Assembly (NCBI GenBank): GCA_004298115.1
Contig: SCRJ01000117.1
Span: 4,696 to 68,695 of the forward strand
Length of the DNA: 64,000 nucleotides
Reading direction: 5' to 3'
DNA from: Acidobacteriota bacterium
Lineage (GTDB): Bacteria > Acidobacteriota > Thermoanaerobaculia > Thermoanaerobaculales > Thermoanaerobaculaceae
Both the position numbers and the translations under genes were made by a program. This document shows, piece by piece, positions 18,601-32,253 of the stretch. Below the pieces are notes generated by a model, which saw only the letters and a list, made by a program, of their open reading frames with translations, searched no databases and was not told the DNA's origin. Each line of letters starts with the position of its first letter. Within the stretch, counting starts at the first letter, position 1.

Positions 18601-19175
18601 CGCGCCGCCTGGCGATGGCGGCGGCGGCGTTCTTCGCCGCGCTCCCGGCGTGGGCGGCGGAGGAAGGCGGTGCGGGGTTCCTCGGACTGCCGACGATCTA
18701 CTGGAAGCTGGCCAACTTCGCGTTTTTCTTCGGCCTGCTCTTCGTGCTTTTGGCGCGCCCGGCGGCGAAGTTCTTCCGGTCGCGGCGCGAGCAGATCGCG
18801 ACGCAGCTCGCCGAGGCCGAGCGGGCGCAGCGCGAGGCGGAGCAGCTGCGGACGGAGATGACGCAGCGCCTTGCGGCGCTCTCCGGCGAGGTCAAGGCGC
18901 TGCAGGAACGCCTCCACCTCGAGGGCGAGCGCGAGCGCGAGGCGCTCGAGCGCCAGGGCGACGCCGAAGCGGCGCGCCTGACGGCGCAGATCGAGCAGGA
19001 AGCCGCGCGGCGGGTGGCGGACGCGCGCCGCCAGCTGGCGGCCGAGGCGGCCTCGGTGGCCGCCGAGCTCGCAGTCGAGCTGCTGCAGCGCGAGCTCAAC
19101 GCCGAGGACCGCGAGCGGATCTTCCGGGCCACGCTCGAACGCCTCGACGAGCGCCCGGCGGGAGGCGCGCGATGA
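18597..19175 (+). CDS. atpF: F0F1 ATP synthase subunit b
   Basis: GTG 18597 overlaps the upstream stop (GTGA); ATG 18615 is an alternative start. Has WKLANFAFFFGLLFVLL TM helix then ARPAAKFFRSRREQIATQLAEAE, typical of subunit b. Confidence 0.75.
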   Translation: MTRRLAMAAAAFFAALPAWAAEEGGAGFLGLPTIYWKLANFAFFFGLLFVLLARPAAKFFRSRREQIATQLAEAERAQREAEQLRTEMTQRLAALSGEVKALQERLHLEGEREREALERQGDAEAARLTAQIEQEAARRVADARRQLAAEAASVAAELAVELLQRELNAEDRERIFRATLERLDERPAGGAR

Positions 19176-19714
19176 GCCGCCGGGTGGCGAGGCCGTACGC
19201 GGTGGCGCTGTACGAGGTGACGCACCGGGAGGGGATTCCGGCGCTGCGCGAGATCGAAAGGCAGCTCGCTTCGGTCGCCGAGCTGTTCGGGCGCGAGCCC
19301 GGGCTCCTCCGCGTCTTCGAGGTCCCCTCGGTGGCGCCGGCCACCAAGCGCGAGCTCGTGGCGACGATCGCCGGCGCCCTCGCCCTGCGTCCGGAGGCGC
19401 ACCGCATGTTGGTGGCGCTCGCGGCCCACGTCCGGCTGCGCTTCCTGCCGGAGGTCGTGCAGATGTTCCGCGAGCTGGTGGACCGTGCCGAGGGGATCGT
19501 GCGCGCTCACGCCGAGCTGCCGGTGGCGCCGCGCCCCGAGCAGGTCGAGGCGCTGCAGCGGGCGCTCGCGCGCCTGTTCGCGTCGCGGGTCGAGCTCGAA
19601 ACGAAGGTCAGGCCGGAACTCCTGGCCGGGTTCGTCGTGCAGGTGGGGAGCCAGGTGTTCGACGGTTCGCTGGCCGCGCAGGTGCGCCGTTTCGCCGCGG
19701 CGGCGGGTCGATAG
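19172..19714 (+). CDS. atpH: F0F1 ATP synthase subunit delta
   Basis: ATGA overlap with atp[13 protein letters not shown]... N-terminus and ...[16 protein letters not shown]-terminus are typical of OSCP/delta. Confidence 0.8.
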   Translation: MSRRVARPYAVALYEVTHREGIPALREIERQLASVAELFGREPGLLRVFEVPSVAPATKRELVATIAGALALRPEAHRMLVALAAHVRLRFLPEVVQMFRELVDRAEGIVRAHAELPVAPRPEQVEALQRALARLFASRVELETKVRPELLAGFVVQVGSQVFDGSLAAQVRRFAAAAGR

Positions 19715-19724
19715 GGGGATGGGC

Positions 19725-21249
<1,525 letters not shown>

Positions 21250-21257
<8 letters not shown>

Positions 21258-22110
21258 CCAGCAAGACCTGCGACGGCGCATCCGCTCGGTCCGCTCGACG
21301 CAGCAGCTCACGCGGGCGATGAAGATGGTGTACGCCGCCAAGCTGCGGCGCTCGCAGGCGGCCGTCCTCGAGGCGCGACCGTACGCCGCCGCCCTCGACG
21401 AGGTGCTGCGCTCGCTGGCCGGCCGCACCGGCGCCGGGCGCCACCCGCTGCTGGTCGAGCGCCCCGAGAAGAACGTGACGCTCGTGGTGGTCGCGGGGGA
21501 CAAGGGGCTGTGCGGCGCGTTCAACAGCAACATCCTGCGCGAGGCGCGCGCGCTGCTCGGCGGCGGCCGGTGGGAGACGGTCGACCTCGTGCTCGTCGGC
21601 CGGCGGGGGATCGATTTCTTCCGCCGTCGCGGCCTCGGCGCAGTGGCGATCTTCGCCGACCTGATGAAGGGGGTGACCGTCGCGGGCGCGCACGAGGTGG
21701 CGCGCCTGCTCGCCGGGCGGTTCGAGAGCGGGAAGACCGACGCCGTCTACCTGCTCTACAACCGCTTCCGCTCGATCATGCGGCAGGAGGTGACCTTGGA
21801 GCGGCTGCTTCCGGTCGAGCGAACGCAACGCGCGGCCGCCGGCGGCGTCGCGCCCCTTCTGGAGCCGAGCCCGCAGGCGCTCTTGGGCGCGATCCTGCCG
21901 CGGTACGTGGAGTTTCAGGTCCTGCGCTCGCTCCTCGACTCCCAGGCCGCGGAGCACGCGGCGCGCATGACGGCGATGGACTCGGCGTCGAAGAACGCCG
22001 CGGAAATGATCGACCGGCTCACCCTGACGTACAACCGGGCGCGGCAGGCATCGATCACCAAGGAACTCATCGAGATCGTATCCGGCGCCCAGGCGCTGGC
22101 CGAGAGGTAG
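21250..22110 (+). CDS. atpG: F0F1 ATP synthase subunit gamma
   Basis: TTG start overlapping the atpA stop. [29 protein letters not shown] and C-terminal [12 protein letters not shown] are the gamma signature. Confidence 0.9.
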
Positions 22111-23975
<1,865 letters not shown>

Positions 23976-24051
23976 TCCGCGCCGCGACGAAGACCCCCGA
24001 GTCATCGGCTCGTCACGCCGCACGCCGCGGCGAGGAGGGTGGCGGAACGGG

Positions 24052-25335
24052 ATGAGGAAGCGTGGCGCCGCTCCCGACGCGGCGGCCGGCTCGACCCGGC
24101 GGCTCGCGGTCGGCCTGCTGGCGGTGGCGGCGCTGGCGGGGTGCATCAGCAGCGGCACCCGGATGGATTACACCTACAACCCGAGCTACGGCGTCGCCAG
24201 CCCCGAGTTCCTCCGCTCGTTGGCGGGGCTCAAGAACGGGATGATGGCCGGCAACGCCGTGACCCTCCTGGAGAACGGCGATGGCCTCTTCCCCGACCTG
24301 TTGCGGGAGATCGCAGGGGCGCGCGCGAGCGTCAACGTCGAGCTCTACATCTTCAACGACGGCGAGATCGGCCGCCGGATCGCGGGCGCGCTGATCGAGC
24401 GGGCGCGGGCCGGCGTCGGGGTGCGGGTCCTGGTCGACGGTTTCGGCGCTCGGCTCGGCGGCCTCGCCGACGAGATGAAGGCGGCCGGCGTCAACTTCCG
24501 CATCTACAAGCCGATCCGGATCTACTCGCTCGCCCGCATCGGCCACCGCACCCACCGCAAGATCGTCACGATCGACGGCCGCGTCGGGTATTGCGGCGGC
24601 TTCGGTGTCGACGACCGCTGGCGCGGCGACGCCCGCAACGAGCACGAGTGGCGCGACCTCGCCGTGCGGGTGGAGGGCCCCGCCGTCGGCCAGCTGCAGC
24701 GCATCTTCATGGAGGACTGGGTCAACACCACCGGCGAGGTCCTCGGCGGCGACGCCCAGTTTCCCGTCGTCGAACCGGCGGGCGACGTCCTCGTCCAGGT
24801 GATCTCGAGCTCGCGCAACGACCAGAGCTCGATGCCGAAGCTGATGATGTACATGGCGATCCAGGCGGCGCGGCGGACCATCTGGATCGAGAACGCGTAC
24901 TTCGTGCCCGACGCCCAGATGCGCCGCGCTCTCGTCCGCGCCGCGCGCCGCGGGGTGGACGTGCGCATCGTCGTGCCGGGGCCGACGATGGACATCCCGG
25001 CGATCCGGCGCGCCTCCGCCTACCACTACGGCGAGCTGCTCGACGCCGGCGTCGCGATCTACGAGTACCAGCCGACGATGCTGCACACCAAGACGATGGT
25101 GGTCGACGGGGTGTGGACGACCGTCGGTTCGATCAACTTCGACGCCCGCTCGATGCGGAAGAACGCCGAGGCCAACGTCGTCGTCTACGACGCGGGCTTC
25201 GCGGCGATCGTCGCCGCCGTCGTGGAGAAGGACATCGCGCGCTCCGAGGCACTCACCAAGCGCGGCTGGGCCAGGCGCGGCGTCTGGGAGCGCGTGCGCG
25301 AGGTGGTCGCGTCGTTCTTCTCCGAGATGTACTGA
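24052..25335 (+). CDS. cls: PLD-family cardiolipin synthase (ClsB-like), lipoprotein-type signal
   Basis: Two HKD motifs (HRKIVTIDGRVGYCGGFGVDD and HTKTMVVDGVWTTVGSINFD). N-terminal LAGC lipobox. Confidence 0.8.
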   Translation: MRKRGAAPDAAAGSTRRLAVGLLAVAALAGCISSGTRMDYTYNPSYGVASPEFLRSLAGLKNGMMAGNAVTLLENGDGLFPDLLREIAGARASVNVELYIFNDGEIGRRIAGALIERARAGVGVRVLVDGFGARLGGLADEMKAAGVNFRIYKPIRIYSLARIGHRTHRKIVTIDGRVGYCGGFGVDDRWRGDARNEHEWRDLAVRVEGPAVGQLQRIFMEDWVNTTGEVLGGDAQFPVVEPAGDVLVQVISSSRNDQSSMPKLMMYMAIQAARRTIWIENAYFVPDAQMRRALVRAARRGVDVRIVVPGPTMDIPAIRRASAYHYGELLDAGVAIYEYQPTMLHTKTMVVDGVWTTVGSINFDARSMRKNAEANVVVYDAGFAAIVAAVVEKDIARSEALTKRGWARRGVWERVREVVASFFSEMY

Positions 25336-25399
25336 CGGGCGCCGCCGCGCCGCCAGGCCGGGATGGCGCCGGCCGCGCCCGCGAGGTACCCTGCGCGGC

Positions 25400-28300
25400 A
25401 TGGCCACGGCCGGAGACCGGTTGACCCCGACGCGGGCGCGCGTCCTCTTCGCCGTGGTGGCGATCCTCGCCGTGGCGGGCGGCGCACTGGTCCTTCGCCA
25501 GACGCGCGGATCGGTGTGGCGGGAGAAGTACGGGGACCTCGCGTCGATCGGGCGGATCAAGGCGGAGGCGATCGCCGCCTGGCGTGCGGAACGGTGCAAC
25601 CACGCGGCCGAACTCGCCGAAAGCCCCTTCTTCCGCCGCGCCGCCGCCGGGCTGTTGACCGCGCCCGCGGCGCCGGGGATGCGCGAGGAGATGGTGGTCC
25701 GCCTCGACGTGGCGAGGCGGCTTTACAGCGACGCTTCGGTCTTCCTCACCGCGCCCGAGGGGCGCGTGCTCGCCTCGGCGGGCGCGACCCCGGTGGTGGA
25801 CGCCGCGACGCTCGCCGAGCTGCGCCGCGCCGTGGCGGACGGACGGCCGTTCCTCGGCGACTTCTTCCGGCCTGGCGGCGCGGGGCCGCCGGTGCTGGAC
25901 GCCGTCGCGGCCGTGGCGGACGGCAACGCCCGCGCCGTCCTCGTCGTGCGCATCGACCCGACGCGCTACCTCGACCCCCTGATCCAGCGCTGGCCGGTGT
26001 CGAGCGCGAGCGCGGAGACGCTGCTCGTGCAGCGGCGGGGCGGCGACGTGCTCTTCTTGAACGAGCCGCGCTTCCGGCCCGGGGCCGCCCTCACCCTGCG
26101 CCAACCGCTGAGCCGGACGACGCTGCCGGCGGCACAAGCGGTCTTGGGGCGCACCGGTCCGTTCGAAGGTATCGACTACCGCGGCGTCGCGGTCCTCGCC
26201 GACCTCCGGCCCGTCCCCGGCTCGCCGTGGTTCATCGTGGCCAAGGTGGACCGTGCGGAGATCCTGGCGGGGCTCCGCCAGGAGACGGTGGCGGTGGTCG
26301 CGGCGGTCCTCGGCCTGGTGCTGCTGTCCGGGTTGGGGGTGGGCTATGTCTACAAGGCGCGGGGAAAGCGGGTGTTGCAGCGTCTCCTGGCCGCCGAGCG
26401 GCAGACGCTGGAGGCCCACGAGAGGCTCGCCGCCACGCTGCGCGGGATCGGCGACGCGGTCATCGCGACTGATGCCGACGGGCGCGTGCAGGTCATGAAC
26501 CAGGTGGCGGAAACGCTCACCGGGTGGAGTGAGGCCGAGGCGCTGGGAAAGCCGCTGGATGAGGTCTTTCGGATCGTCAACGAGCGAACGCGCGCCGTCG
26601 TGGAGAGCCCCGTCGCGCGAGTGCTGCGCGAGAACCGGGTCGTGGGCCTGGCCAACCACACGCTGCTCCTGGCGAGGGACGGGCGCGAGGTCCCGATCGC
26701 CGACAGCGGCGCCCCGATCCTGGACTCGGCGGGCCGCCTCGTCGGGGTCGTCCTCGTCGTCCGCGATCAGACCGAGGAGCGCCGCGCCAACCGGGCGCTC
26801 GAGGCGAGCGAGCAGCGCTTCACCCTGTTCATGCGCCATCTCCCCGCGGTCGCCGTGATCCGCGACACCCAGGGCCGTTACGTCTACATGAACGACGCCT
26901 GGGAGAGCGCCATGGGCCTGCGCCGGGAGGACTACCTCGGCAAGAGCCCGTTCGACTGCTTCCCGCGCGCGGACGCCGAGCGGCTGGTCGCCGACGACCG
27001 CCTCCTGGCCGAGAGCGGCCGCACCGTCGCCATGGAGGTCGAGCTGCACCACGCCTCCGGTCCGCGCTGGTGGCTGGTCAACCGCTTCGCCCTGCGCGGG
27101 ACGGATGGTCGGCCGACCCACGTCGCGGCGCTGTATGTCGACATCACCGAACGCAAGCGGGCCGAGAAGGCGGTCAAGGAGACCGAGGAGTTGTACCGCG
27201 ACCTGGTGGAGAACGCCAGCGACTTCATCTGCACCCACGACCTGAGGGGAGTGCTGCTGTCGGTCAACGGCGCGGCCGCGCGGTCCGTCGGGTTCGCCCC
27301 GGAGGACCTCGTCGGGCGCGACCTTCGCGACCTGCTGCTCCCCGACGAGCGGCATGCCTTCGACGCGTACGTCGAGGCGATCGCGCGCGACGGGGTCGCC
27401 GCGGGCGTCCTGAAGCTCACCACCCGGGCCGGAGTCGCGCGGTTCTGGGAGTACCGCAATACGCTGCGCGTCGAGGGCGTCGCGGAGCCGGTGGTACGCG
27501 GCATGGCCCGCGATGTGACCGAGCAGATCTTGGCGAAGCGGGAGCTCAAGGCGAGCCAGGAGAAGTACCGGGCGATCCTCGCGAACATGGAGGAGAGTTA
27601 CTACGAGGCGGACCTCGCGGGAAACCTGACCTTCTTCAACGATTCCCTCTGCCGGCTGCTGGGGTATTCGCGAGAGCAACTGCTGGGGATGAACGATCGC
27701 CAGTTCATGGATCCGGACCAAGCGGACAAGGTGTACCGCGCCTTCAACACCGTCTACCGAACGGGTGAGGCCACCAGAGGGTTGGATTGGGAGGTCATCA
27801 GGAGGGACGGATCCAGACGGTTCATCGAAGCCTCCGTCTCGTTGACGAGGGACGGCTCGGACCGGCCCGCGGGCTTCCGTGGCCTCATCCGCGACGTCAC
27901 CGACCACAAGCGCGCCGAGGAGGAAAGGGCCAAGCTCGAGGAACACCTGCGCCAGGCGCAGAAGCTGGAGTCGATCGGACGGCTGGCCGGGGGCGTCGCC
28001 CACGATTTCAACAACATGCTCAACATCATCACGATCTATGCCGAGCTGGCGCTCGGCAAGCTGGGGAAGGGCGATCCGCTGCGCCGCGACCTGGAGGAGA
28101 TCCTCAAGGCGGCGGGCCGCTCCGCCGACCTGACGCGCCAACTCCTGGCGTTCGCCCGCAAGCAGCAGGTCACCCCGCGCGTGCTCGACCTCAACGCGAC
28201 GCTCGCCGAAATGGGGAAGATGCTCATCCGCCTCATCGGCGAGGACATCAGCTTCACGTTCAAGCCGAGCGAGGGGTTGTGGCCGGTCAAGATCGATCCC

Positions 28301-29074
28301 GTCCAGGTGGACCAGATCCTGGCGAACCTCGCGGTCAACGCCCGTGACGCGATGGATGGACCGGGGCGGGTCGTGGTGGAGACGGGCAACGCCACCCTCG
28401 ACGAGGGCTATCGCGACACGCACGGCTTCGCTCAGGGCGGCGATTACGTCGTGCTCGCGTTCAGCGATACCGGCCGGGGAATGGACGCCGAGACGCGTGC
28501 GCAGGCGTTCGAGCCGTTCTTCACGACCAAGGGCCAGCTCGGCACCGGCCTCGGACTCGCCACCGTCTACGGCATCGTCAAGCAGAACGGCGGCCTCATC
28601 AACGTCTACAGCGAACCCGGCAGGGGGACCACGTTCAAGATCTACCTGCCGCGCTGGACGGGGGAGGGGCAGCCCGCGCCGACGGCCCGGGAAGCGCTGG
28701 GACCGCGCGGCAGCGAGACCGTGCTGATCGCCGAGGACGAGGAGGCGATCCTGCGCCTGGCGGAGCGGATCCTCGCGTCGCACGGGTACCGCGTGCTCAC
28801 CGCCGCCGCCCCCGGCGACGCGCTCCGGCTCGCCGAGCGGTACGGCGAGCCGATCCACCTCCTGCTCACCGACGTCGTGATGCCCGTCATGAACGGACGG
28901 GAACTGTGCGAGCGGCTCCGCACGAGCAGAGCGGCACTGCGGGTCCTCTACATGTCGGGTTACACCGCCGACGTCATCGCCAACCGCGGCATCGTCGAGG
29001 ACGGGGTGGCGTTCCTGCAGAAGCCGTTCACGATCACGGGGCTGCTCGCCGCCGTCCGCCGCGCCTTGGCGTGA
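25400..29074 (+). CDS. hybrid sensor histidine kinase/response regulator with periplasmic Cache-like domain and multiple PAS domains
   Basis: Domain order: TM, about 270-aa extracytoplasmic region, TM, about four PAS/PAC units, HisKA (GGVAHDFNNML), HATPase_c (DTGRGM...GTGLGLATVYG), C-terminal receiver (VLIAEDEE...LLLTDVVMPVMNG). Confidence 0.85.
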   Translation: MATAGDRLTPTRARVLFAVVAILAVAGGALVLRQTRGSVWREKYGDLASIGRIKAEAIAAWRAERCNHAAELAESPFFRRAAAGLLTAPAAPGMREEMVVRLDVARRLYSDASVFLTAPEGRVLASAGATPVVDAATLAELRRAVADGRPFLGDFFRPGGAGPPVLDAVAAVADGNARAVLVVRIDPTRYLDPLIQRWPVSSASAETLLVQRRGGDVLFLNEPRFRPGAALTLRQPLSRTTLPAAQAVLGRTGPFEGIDYRGVAVLADLRPVPGSPWFIVAKVDRAEILAGLRQETVAVVAAVLGLVLLSGLGVGYVYKARGKRVLQRLLAAERQTLEAHERLAATLRGIGDAVIATDADGRVQVMNQVAETLTGWSEAEALGKPLDEVFRIVNERTRAVVESPVARVLRENRVVGLANHTLLLARDGREVPIADSGAPILDSAGRLVGVVLVVRDQTEERRANRALEASEQRFTLFMRHLPAVAVIRDTQGRYVYMNDAWESAMGLRREDYLGKSPFDCFPRADAERLVADDRLLAESGRTVAMEVELHHASGPRWWLVNRFALRGTDGRPTHVAALYVDITERKRAEKAVKETEELYRDLVENASDFICTHDLRGVLLSVNGAAARSVGFAPEDLVGRDLRDLLLPDERHAFDAYVEAIARDGVAAGVLKLTTRAGVARFWEYRNTLRVEGVAEPVVRGMARDVTEQILAKRELKASQEKYRAILANMEESYYEADLAGNLTFFNDSLCRLLGYSREQLLGMNDRQFMDPDQADKVYRAFNTVYRTGEATRGLDWEVIRRDGSRRFIEASVSLTRDGSDRPAGFRGLIRDVTDHKRAEEERAKLEEHLRQAQKLESIGRLAGGVAHDFNNMLNIITIYAELALGKLGKGDPLRRDLEEILKAAGRSADLTRQLLAFARKQQVTPRVLDLNATLAEMGKMLIRLIGEDISFTFKPSEGLWPVKIDPVQVDQILANLAVNARDAMDGPGRVVVETGNATLDEGYRDTHGFAQGGDYVVLAFSDTGRGMDAETRAQAFEPFFTTKGQLGTGLGLATVYGIVKQNGGLINVYSEPGRGTTFKIYLPRWTGEGQPAPTAREALGPRGSETVLIAEDEEAILRLAERILASHGYRVLTAAAPGDALRLAERYGEPIHLLLTDVVMPVMNGRELCERLRTSRAALRVLYMSGYTADVIANRGIVEDGVAFLQKPFTITGLLAAVRRALA

Positions 29075-29140
29075 TCCCGATTCCCAAAATCGCACCGGCG
29101 CCGGCGGGGTCGTGCCGAGGATTTCTGCGGCGCACGCCGC

Positions 29141-29166
29141 GAGGCCCGGCGCGGTTGCCGGGCCTC
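29141..29166. terminator. bidirectional hairpin between convergent genes
   Basis: Perfect 10-bp stem gaggcccggc/gccgggcctc with a 6-nt loop. No clear T-tract. Confidence 0.45.
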
Positions 29167-29200
29167 GGGCAAATCGGAACGGGCGGCGGGGGAGGAGCGG

Positions 29201-29770
29201 CTACTGCCCGAGCAATCCCTTCTTCAGGCTTTCGTTGGGCGGGTTCGGACCGAGCCAGATGGCGAAGAGGGCCTCGGCGAACTCCTTCCCCGCGATGACG
29301 CCCATCTCCTTGCCCTTGATCTCGACCTTGGTGCCCTGGCCGGGGACGTAGGTCAGCACGGCGACGTCGTCCTTCTTCATGTCGGACCAGAAGCCGTCGA
29401 ACGTGGCGATCGGGTCCTTGAGCGCGGCCAGCCTGTCGCCGGAGTTGTTCTTGAAGCCATCGTTCCAGCCTTCCAGGAGCTTCTCCTTGCCCACCTCCTT
29501 GTAGAGGAAGTGCATGACGAGCTGCTTGGGCTCGTCGGCGGCCAGGATCGCGGCCGGATCGCTCGTCCTGGCGGGAAGGTAGAGCGCCGCCACGTACACC
29601 TTGATCCCGATGAAGGCGACCTTCTTGATGCGCACGCCCGTGCCGTTGAGCGTGAGGTTGGCCGTCCCCACCGTCACCTGGTCGGGGAACGCGACGCCCT
29701 CGGTCGGCGCGGCGCCGGCGACGGAACCGAGCACGAGGCCCGCGAGAACAAGACACGCGATTCGATGCAT
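29201..29770 (-). CDS. chalcone isomerase-like (CHI-fold) periplasmic protein
   Basis: ATG 29770 after AAGGAGGA. Signal peptide. Motifs LNGTGVRIKKVAFIGIKVYVAALYL...FLYKEV...FAEALFAIWLG are typical of bacterial CHI-like proteins. Confidence 0.6.
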   Translation of the reverse strand: MHRIACLVLAGLVLGSVAGAAPTEGVAFPDQVTVGTANLTLNGTGVRIKKVAFIGIKVYVAALYLPARTSDPAAILAADEPKQLVMHFLYKEVGKEKLLEGWNDGFKNNSGDRLAALKDPIATFDGFWSDMKKDDVAVLTYVPGQGTKVEIKGKEMGVIAGKEFAEALFAIWLGPNPPNESLKKGLLGQ

Positions 29771-29935
29771 GGCATCCTCCTTGACTCCACCTTTGAGCGC
29801 TCGCTCTTGAGTTTGATCATACACCGACGGGCGGGAAAGCGGTCGCAGGCCCGGCCGCCGCCGGCCGCGGCGCCGTGACCTCGTTCCGCGCCGTCGCGCT
29901 GGCGCGCAGCGGGGGGGCGAGGTAAGCTCTCCGAG

Positions 29936-31486
29936 ATGGCGACTCAACCGATCGGCGCCGCCGCGCGCGTGCCCCTGGAGGCCTGGGAGCCCGTACATCC
30001 GGCCGCCGCGGCGTTCGCCGCCGGGGCGGTCGCGACCCCGGCGCGCGAGCCCGCCGCCGCCGGCCGTTCGCGCGAGCTCGCCGGCGCCCTCGGGGCGGCC
30101 AACCGGAGGTGGGACAACCCGGTGGACGACGAGCTCGCGCGCTGGCTCGCGGGCGCCGACGCGGTCGTCACCGGGCAGCAACCCGGCCTGCTCGGCGGCC
30201 CGTTGCTCACACTCGTCAAGGCGGCCGCCGTGGCGGCGGAGGTCGCCAGGCGGCGGGCGGCGGGACGCGACGCCGTCGGCTTTCTCTGGCTCGCGACCGC
30301 CGACGACGACCTCCCCGAGATGGGGTGGGCGCGGGTCGCGGCCGGCGAAGAGCTGGCGGAGCTGCGCGAGCCGGGGTGGGCGCGCGGCGGGATGCTCGGC
30401 GGCGCGGCGCCGCTCTCGGGCGAGTGCGCGTCGTTCCTCGACGCCCTGCGGCCACAGCTCTCCGGCGAAAACGCCCGCGCGGCGCTCGACCTCGCGGCGG
30501 CGTGCTACGCCCCTGGCGCTCTCCTCGGGGAGGCGACCGCCCGCTTCCTCGCGCGCCTCCTCGTCGGGTGCGGCGTCGTGCTCGTCGACGCCCTCGAGCC
30601 CGAGCTCGCGCGCGCGGCGGCGGCCGCGACCGCCGCCGTCCTGGAACGCCTCCCCCGCTGCTGGGACGCGCTCGAAGCGGGCGGCGCCCGCATGCGCGCG
30701 CGCGGCTGGTCGCTGCCGCTGCGGATCTCCCCGCACAAGCTGCCGGTGTTCCGCCGCACCGGCGACCGGCGGGAGACGGTGCCGACGAACCGGAGGGCGT
30801 GCCCGGCGGCGGTCCTCGCCGAGCACGCCGCCCACCCCGAGCGTTTCCTCCCGAACGCCTGGCTGCGCCCCCTGGTCGCCGACGCCGCGCTCGGCACGGC
30901 GGTGTCGTTCCTGGGCGGCGCGGAGCTCGCCTACCACCTGCAGACCGAGGACGTGCGCGCCGTGGTCGGGATCGGCCGCCCGGAATGGCGGCTGCGGCCG
31001 CACCTCACCGTCCTCACGGCGGCGGAGCGGCGCCTCGCCCGGCAGCTCGAGGTCGGCCCGGAGCACCTGCTGCGGCCGCTGCCGCCGCCGGCGGCGCTCC
31101 CCGGCCGAGTGACGCGGCGGAGGCTCGGCCGCCTGCGCGAGATCATCGCCGAGCGCGTCGGCACGCTGGCGGCCGGCGCCCGCGACGAGCTCCCCGGCCT
31201 CGGGGGGGACGTCGAGGCGACGGCGAAGAGGCTGGAGACGGCCCTGGCCTGGCTCGACGGCCGAATCGAGGGCGCGGCGGCCCGCGACGCCGACGTCGCG
31301 ATGGGGCGCTGGCGCCGCCTGCGCGCGTTCGTGCGGCCGGACGGCCAACCCCAGGAGCGCCGCCTGTCGGTGCTGGCGCCGCTGCTCCGGCTCGGCGTCG
31401 AGTGGCCGCACCAGCTGGTGGCGGCCGTGGACCCGGGCGATGTCGGCATGAGCCTGCTGCACTGGGACGAGGGCGGGGCATGGTAG
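29936..31486 (+). CDS. bshC: bacillithiol biosynthesis cysteine-adding enzyme BshC
   Basis: VVTGQQPGLLGGPLLTLVKA and FLWLATADDDLPEMG match the BshC (YllA) GGQQAGL..GPLYT..K / FW.AGEDHD motifs. About 516 aa. Confidence 0.75.
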   Translation: MATQPIGAAARVPLEAWEPVHPAAAAFAAGAVATPAREPAAAGRSRELAGALGAANRRWDNPVDDELARWLAGADAVVTGQQPGLLGGPLLTLVKAAAVAAEVARRRAAGRDAVGFLWLATADDDLPEMGWARVAAGEELAELREPGWARGGMLGGAAPLSGECASFLDALRPQLSGENARAALDLAAACYAPGALLGEATARFLARLLVGCGVVLVDALEPELARAAAAATAAVLERLPRCWDALEAGGARMRARGWSLPLRISPHKLPVFRRTGDRRETVPTNRRACPAAVLAEHAAHPERFLPNAWLRPLVADAALGTAVSFLGGAELAYHLQTEDVRAVVGIGRPEWRLRPHLTVLTAAERRLARQLEVGPEHLLRPLPPPAALPGRVTRRRLGRLREIIAERVGTLAAGARDELPGLGGDVEATAKRLETALAWLDGRIEGAAARDADVAMGRWRRLRAFVRPDGQPQERRLSVLAPLLRLGVEWPHQLVAAVDPGDVGMSLLHWDEGGAW

Positions 31487-32253
31487 GACCGTGCGACGTG
31501 CTCGCGTTTGGGGCCCACCCGGACGACGTCGAGCTCGGGTGCGGCGCGACGGTGGCGCGCCTGGCGCGCGCCGGTCGCCGCGTCGGCATCCTCGACCTCA
31601 CCGCCGGGGAGATGGGCACCCGCGGCGACCCGGAGGGGCGGGCGAGGGAGGCGCGGGAGGCGGCCGTGGCCCTGGGCGCGGCCTGGAGGACGTGCCTGTC
31701 CCTGCCCGACGGCGGTCTCAAGGGCGACGACGACGGCCAGCTGGCGGCGGTGGTCGGGGCCGTGCGCGCGGCGGCGCCGCGGGTCGTGTTCCTGCCGGAC
31801 GATCGCGACCCGCACCCCGATCACGCGGCGGCGGCCACGCTGATCCGGCGCGCGTCGTTCCTCGCCGGGGTCGGGAAGTATCACCCGGAGCGCGGCGCAC
31901 CGCGGCGGCCCGGTCTCCTGCTCGCCTACCCGGGCCCGCGCCAGCTCCTGGCGCCCGCCCTGGTGGTGGACGCGAGCGCCGCGTACCCGGCCAAGCGCGC
32001 GGCGCTGGCGGCGCACGTCTCGCAGTTCGACCCCGGCGCGGGGACCGCCACGCACCTCGCCTCCGGTCACTTCCTGGCCGCGATCGAGGGGCGGGACCGC
32101 GCCTGCGGCAACCTGATCGGGACCGAGTTCGGCGAGGGGTTCGCCGCCGTCGGCGCGCTCGCCGCCGACGAGGTCGCCTGGCTGCTGGCGTTGCGGCTTC
32201 CGGACCCCGGACCCCGGACCCCGGACCCCGGTCCGGGTGGGAGGATGGGATGA
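31480..32253 (+). CDS. bshB1: N-acetyl-alpha-D-glucosaminyl L-malate deacetylase (PIG-L family)
   Basis: VLAFGAHPDDVELGCGATVARL...HPDH PIG-L/LmbE motifs. Start overlaps the bshC stop; stop overlaps the bshA start (ATGA). The last ~17 codons are encoded by the heptamer array. Confidence 0.75.
   Translation: MVGPCDVLAFGAHPDDVELGCGATVARLARAGRRVGILDLTAGEMGTRGDPEGRAREAREAAVALGAAWRTCLSLPDGGLKGDDDGQLAAVVGAVRAAAPRVVFLPDDRDPHPDHAAAATLIRRASFLAGVGKYHPERGAPRRPGLLLAYPGPRQLLAPALVVDASAAYPAKRAALAAHVSQFDPGAGTATHLASGHFLAAIEGRDRACGNLIGTEFGEGFAAVGALAADEVAWLLALRLPDPGPRTPDPGPGGRMG
32201..32235 (+). repeat. tandem heptanucleotide array (CGGACCC)x4 + CGGTCCG
   Basis: Read directly. Lies inside the 3' end of bshB1, 14 nt upstream of the bshA ATG. 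The last two units form the perfect inverted repeat cggacc-cc-ggtccg. Confidence 0.9.

Noticed and set aside
15963-19175. 1070-aa plus-strand ORF spanning the riboswitch, the TonB receptor (out of frame) and atpF'
   Set aside because: Only the last 192 codons (from GTG 18597) look like a real protein, ATP synthase subunit b. The remainder is Arg/Gly/Pro low complexity overlapping better-supported genes.
25253-29095. 1280-aa ORF on the minus strand, fully antisense to the hybrid histidine kinase
   Set aside because: The translation is Arg/Gly/Pro/Asp-rich low complexity with no motifs. This is typical of open antisense frames in very GC-rich genes, and the plus-strand product has complete PAS/HisKA/HATPase/REC domains.
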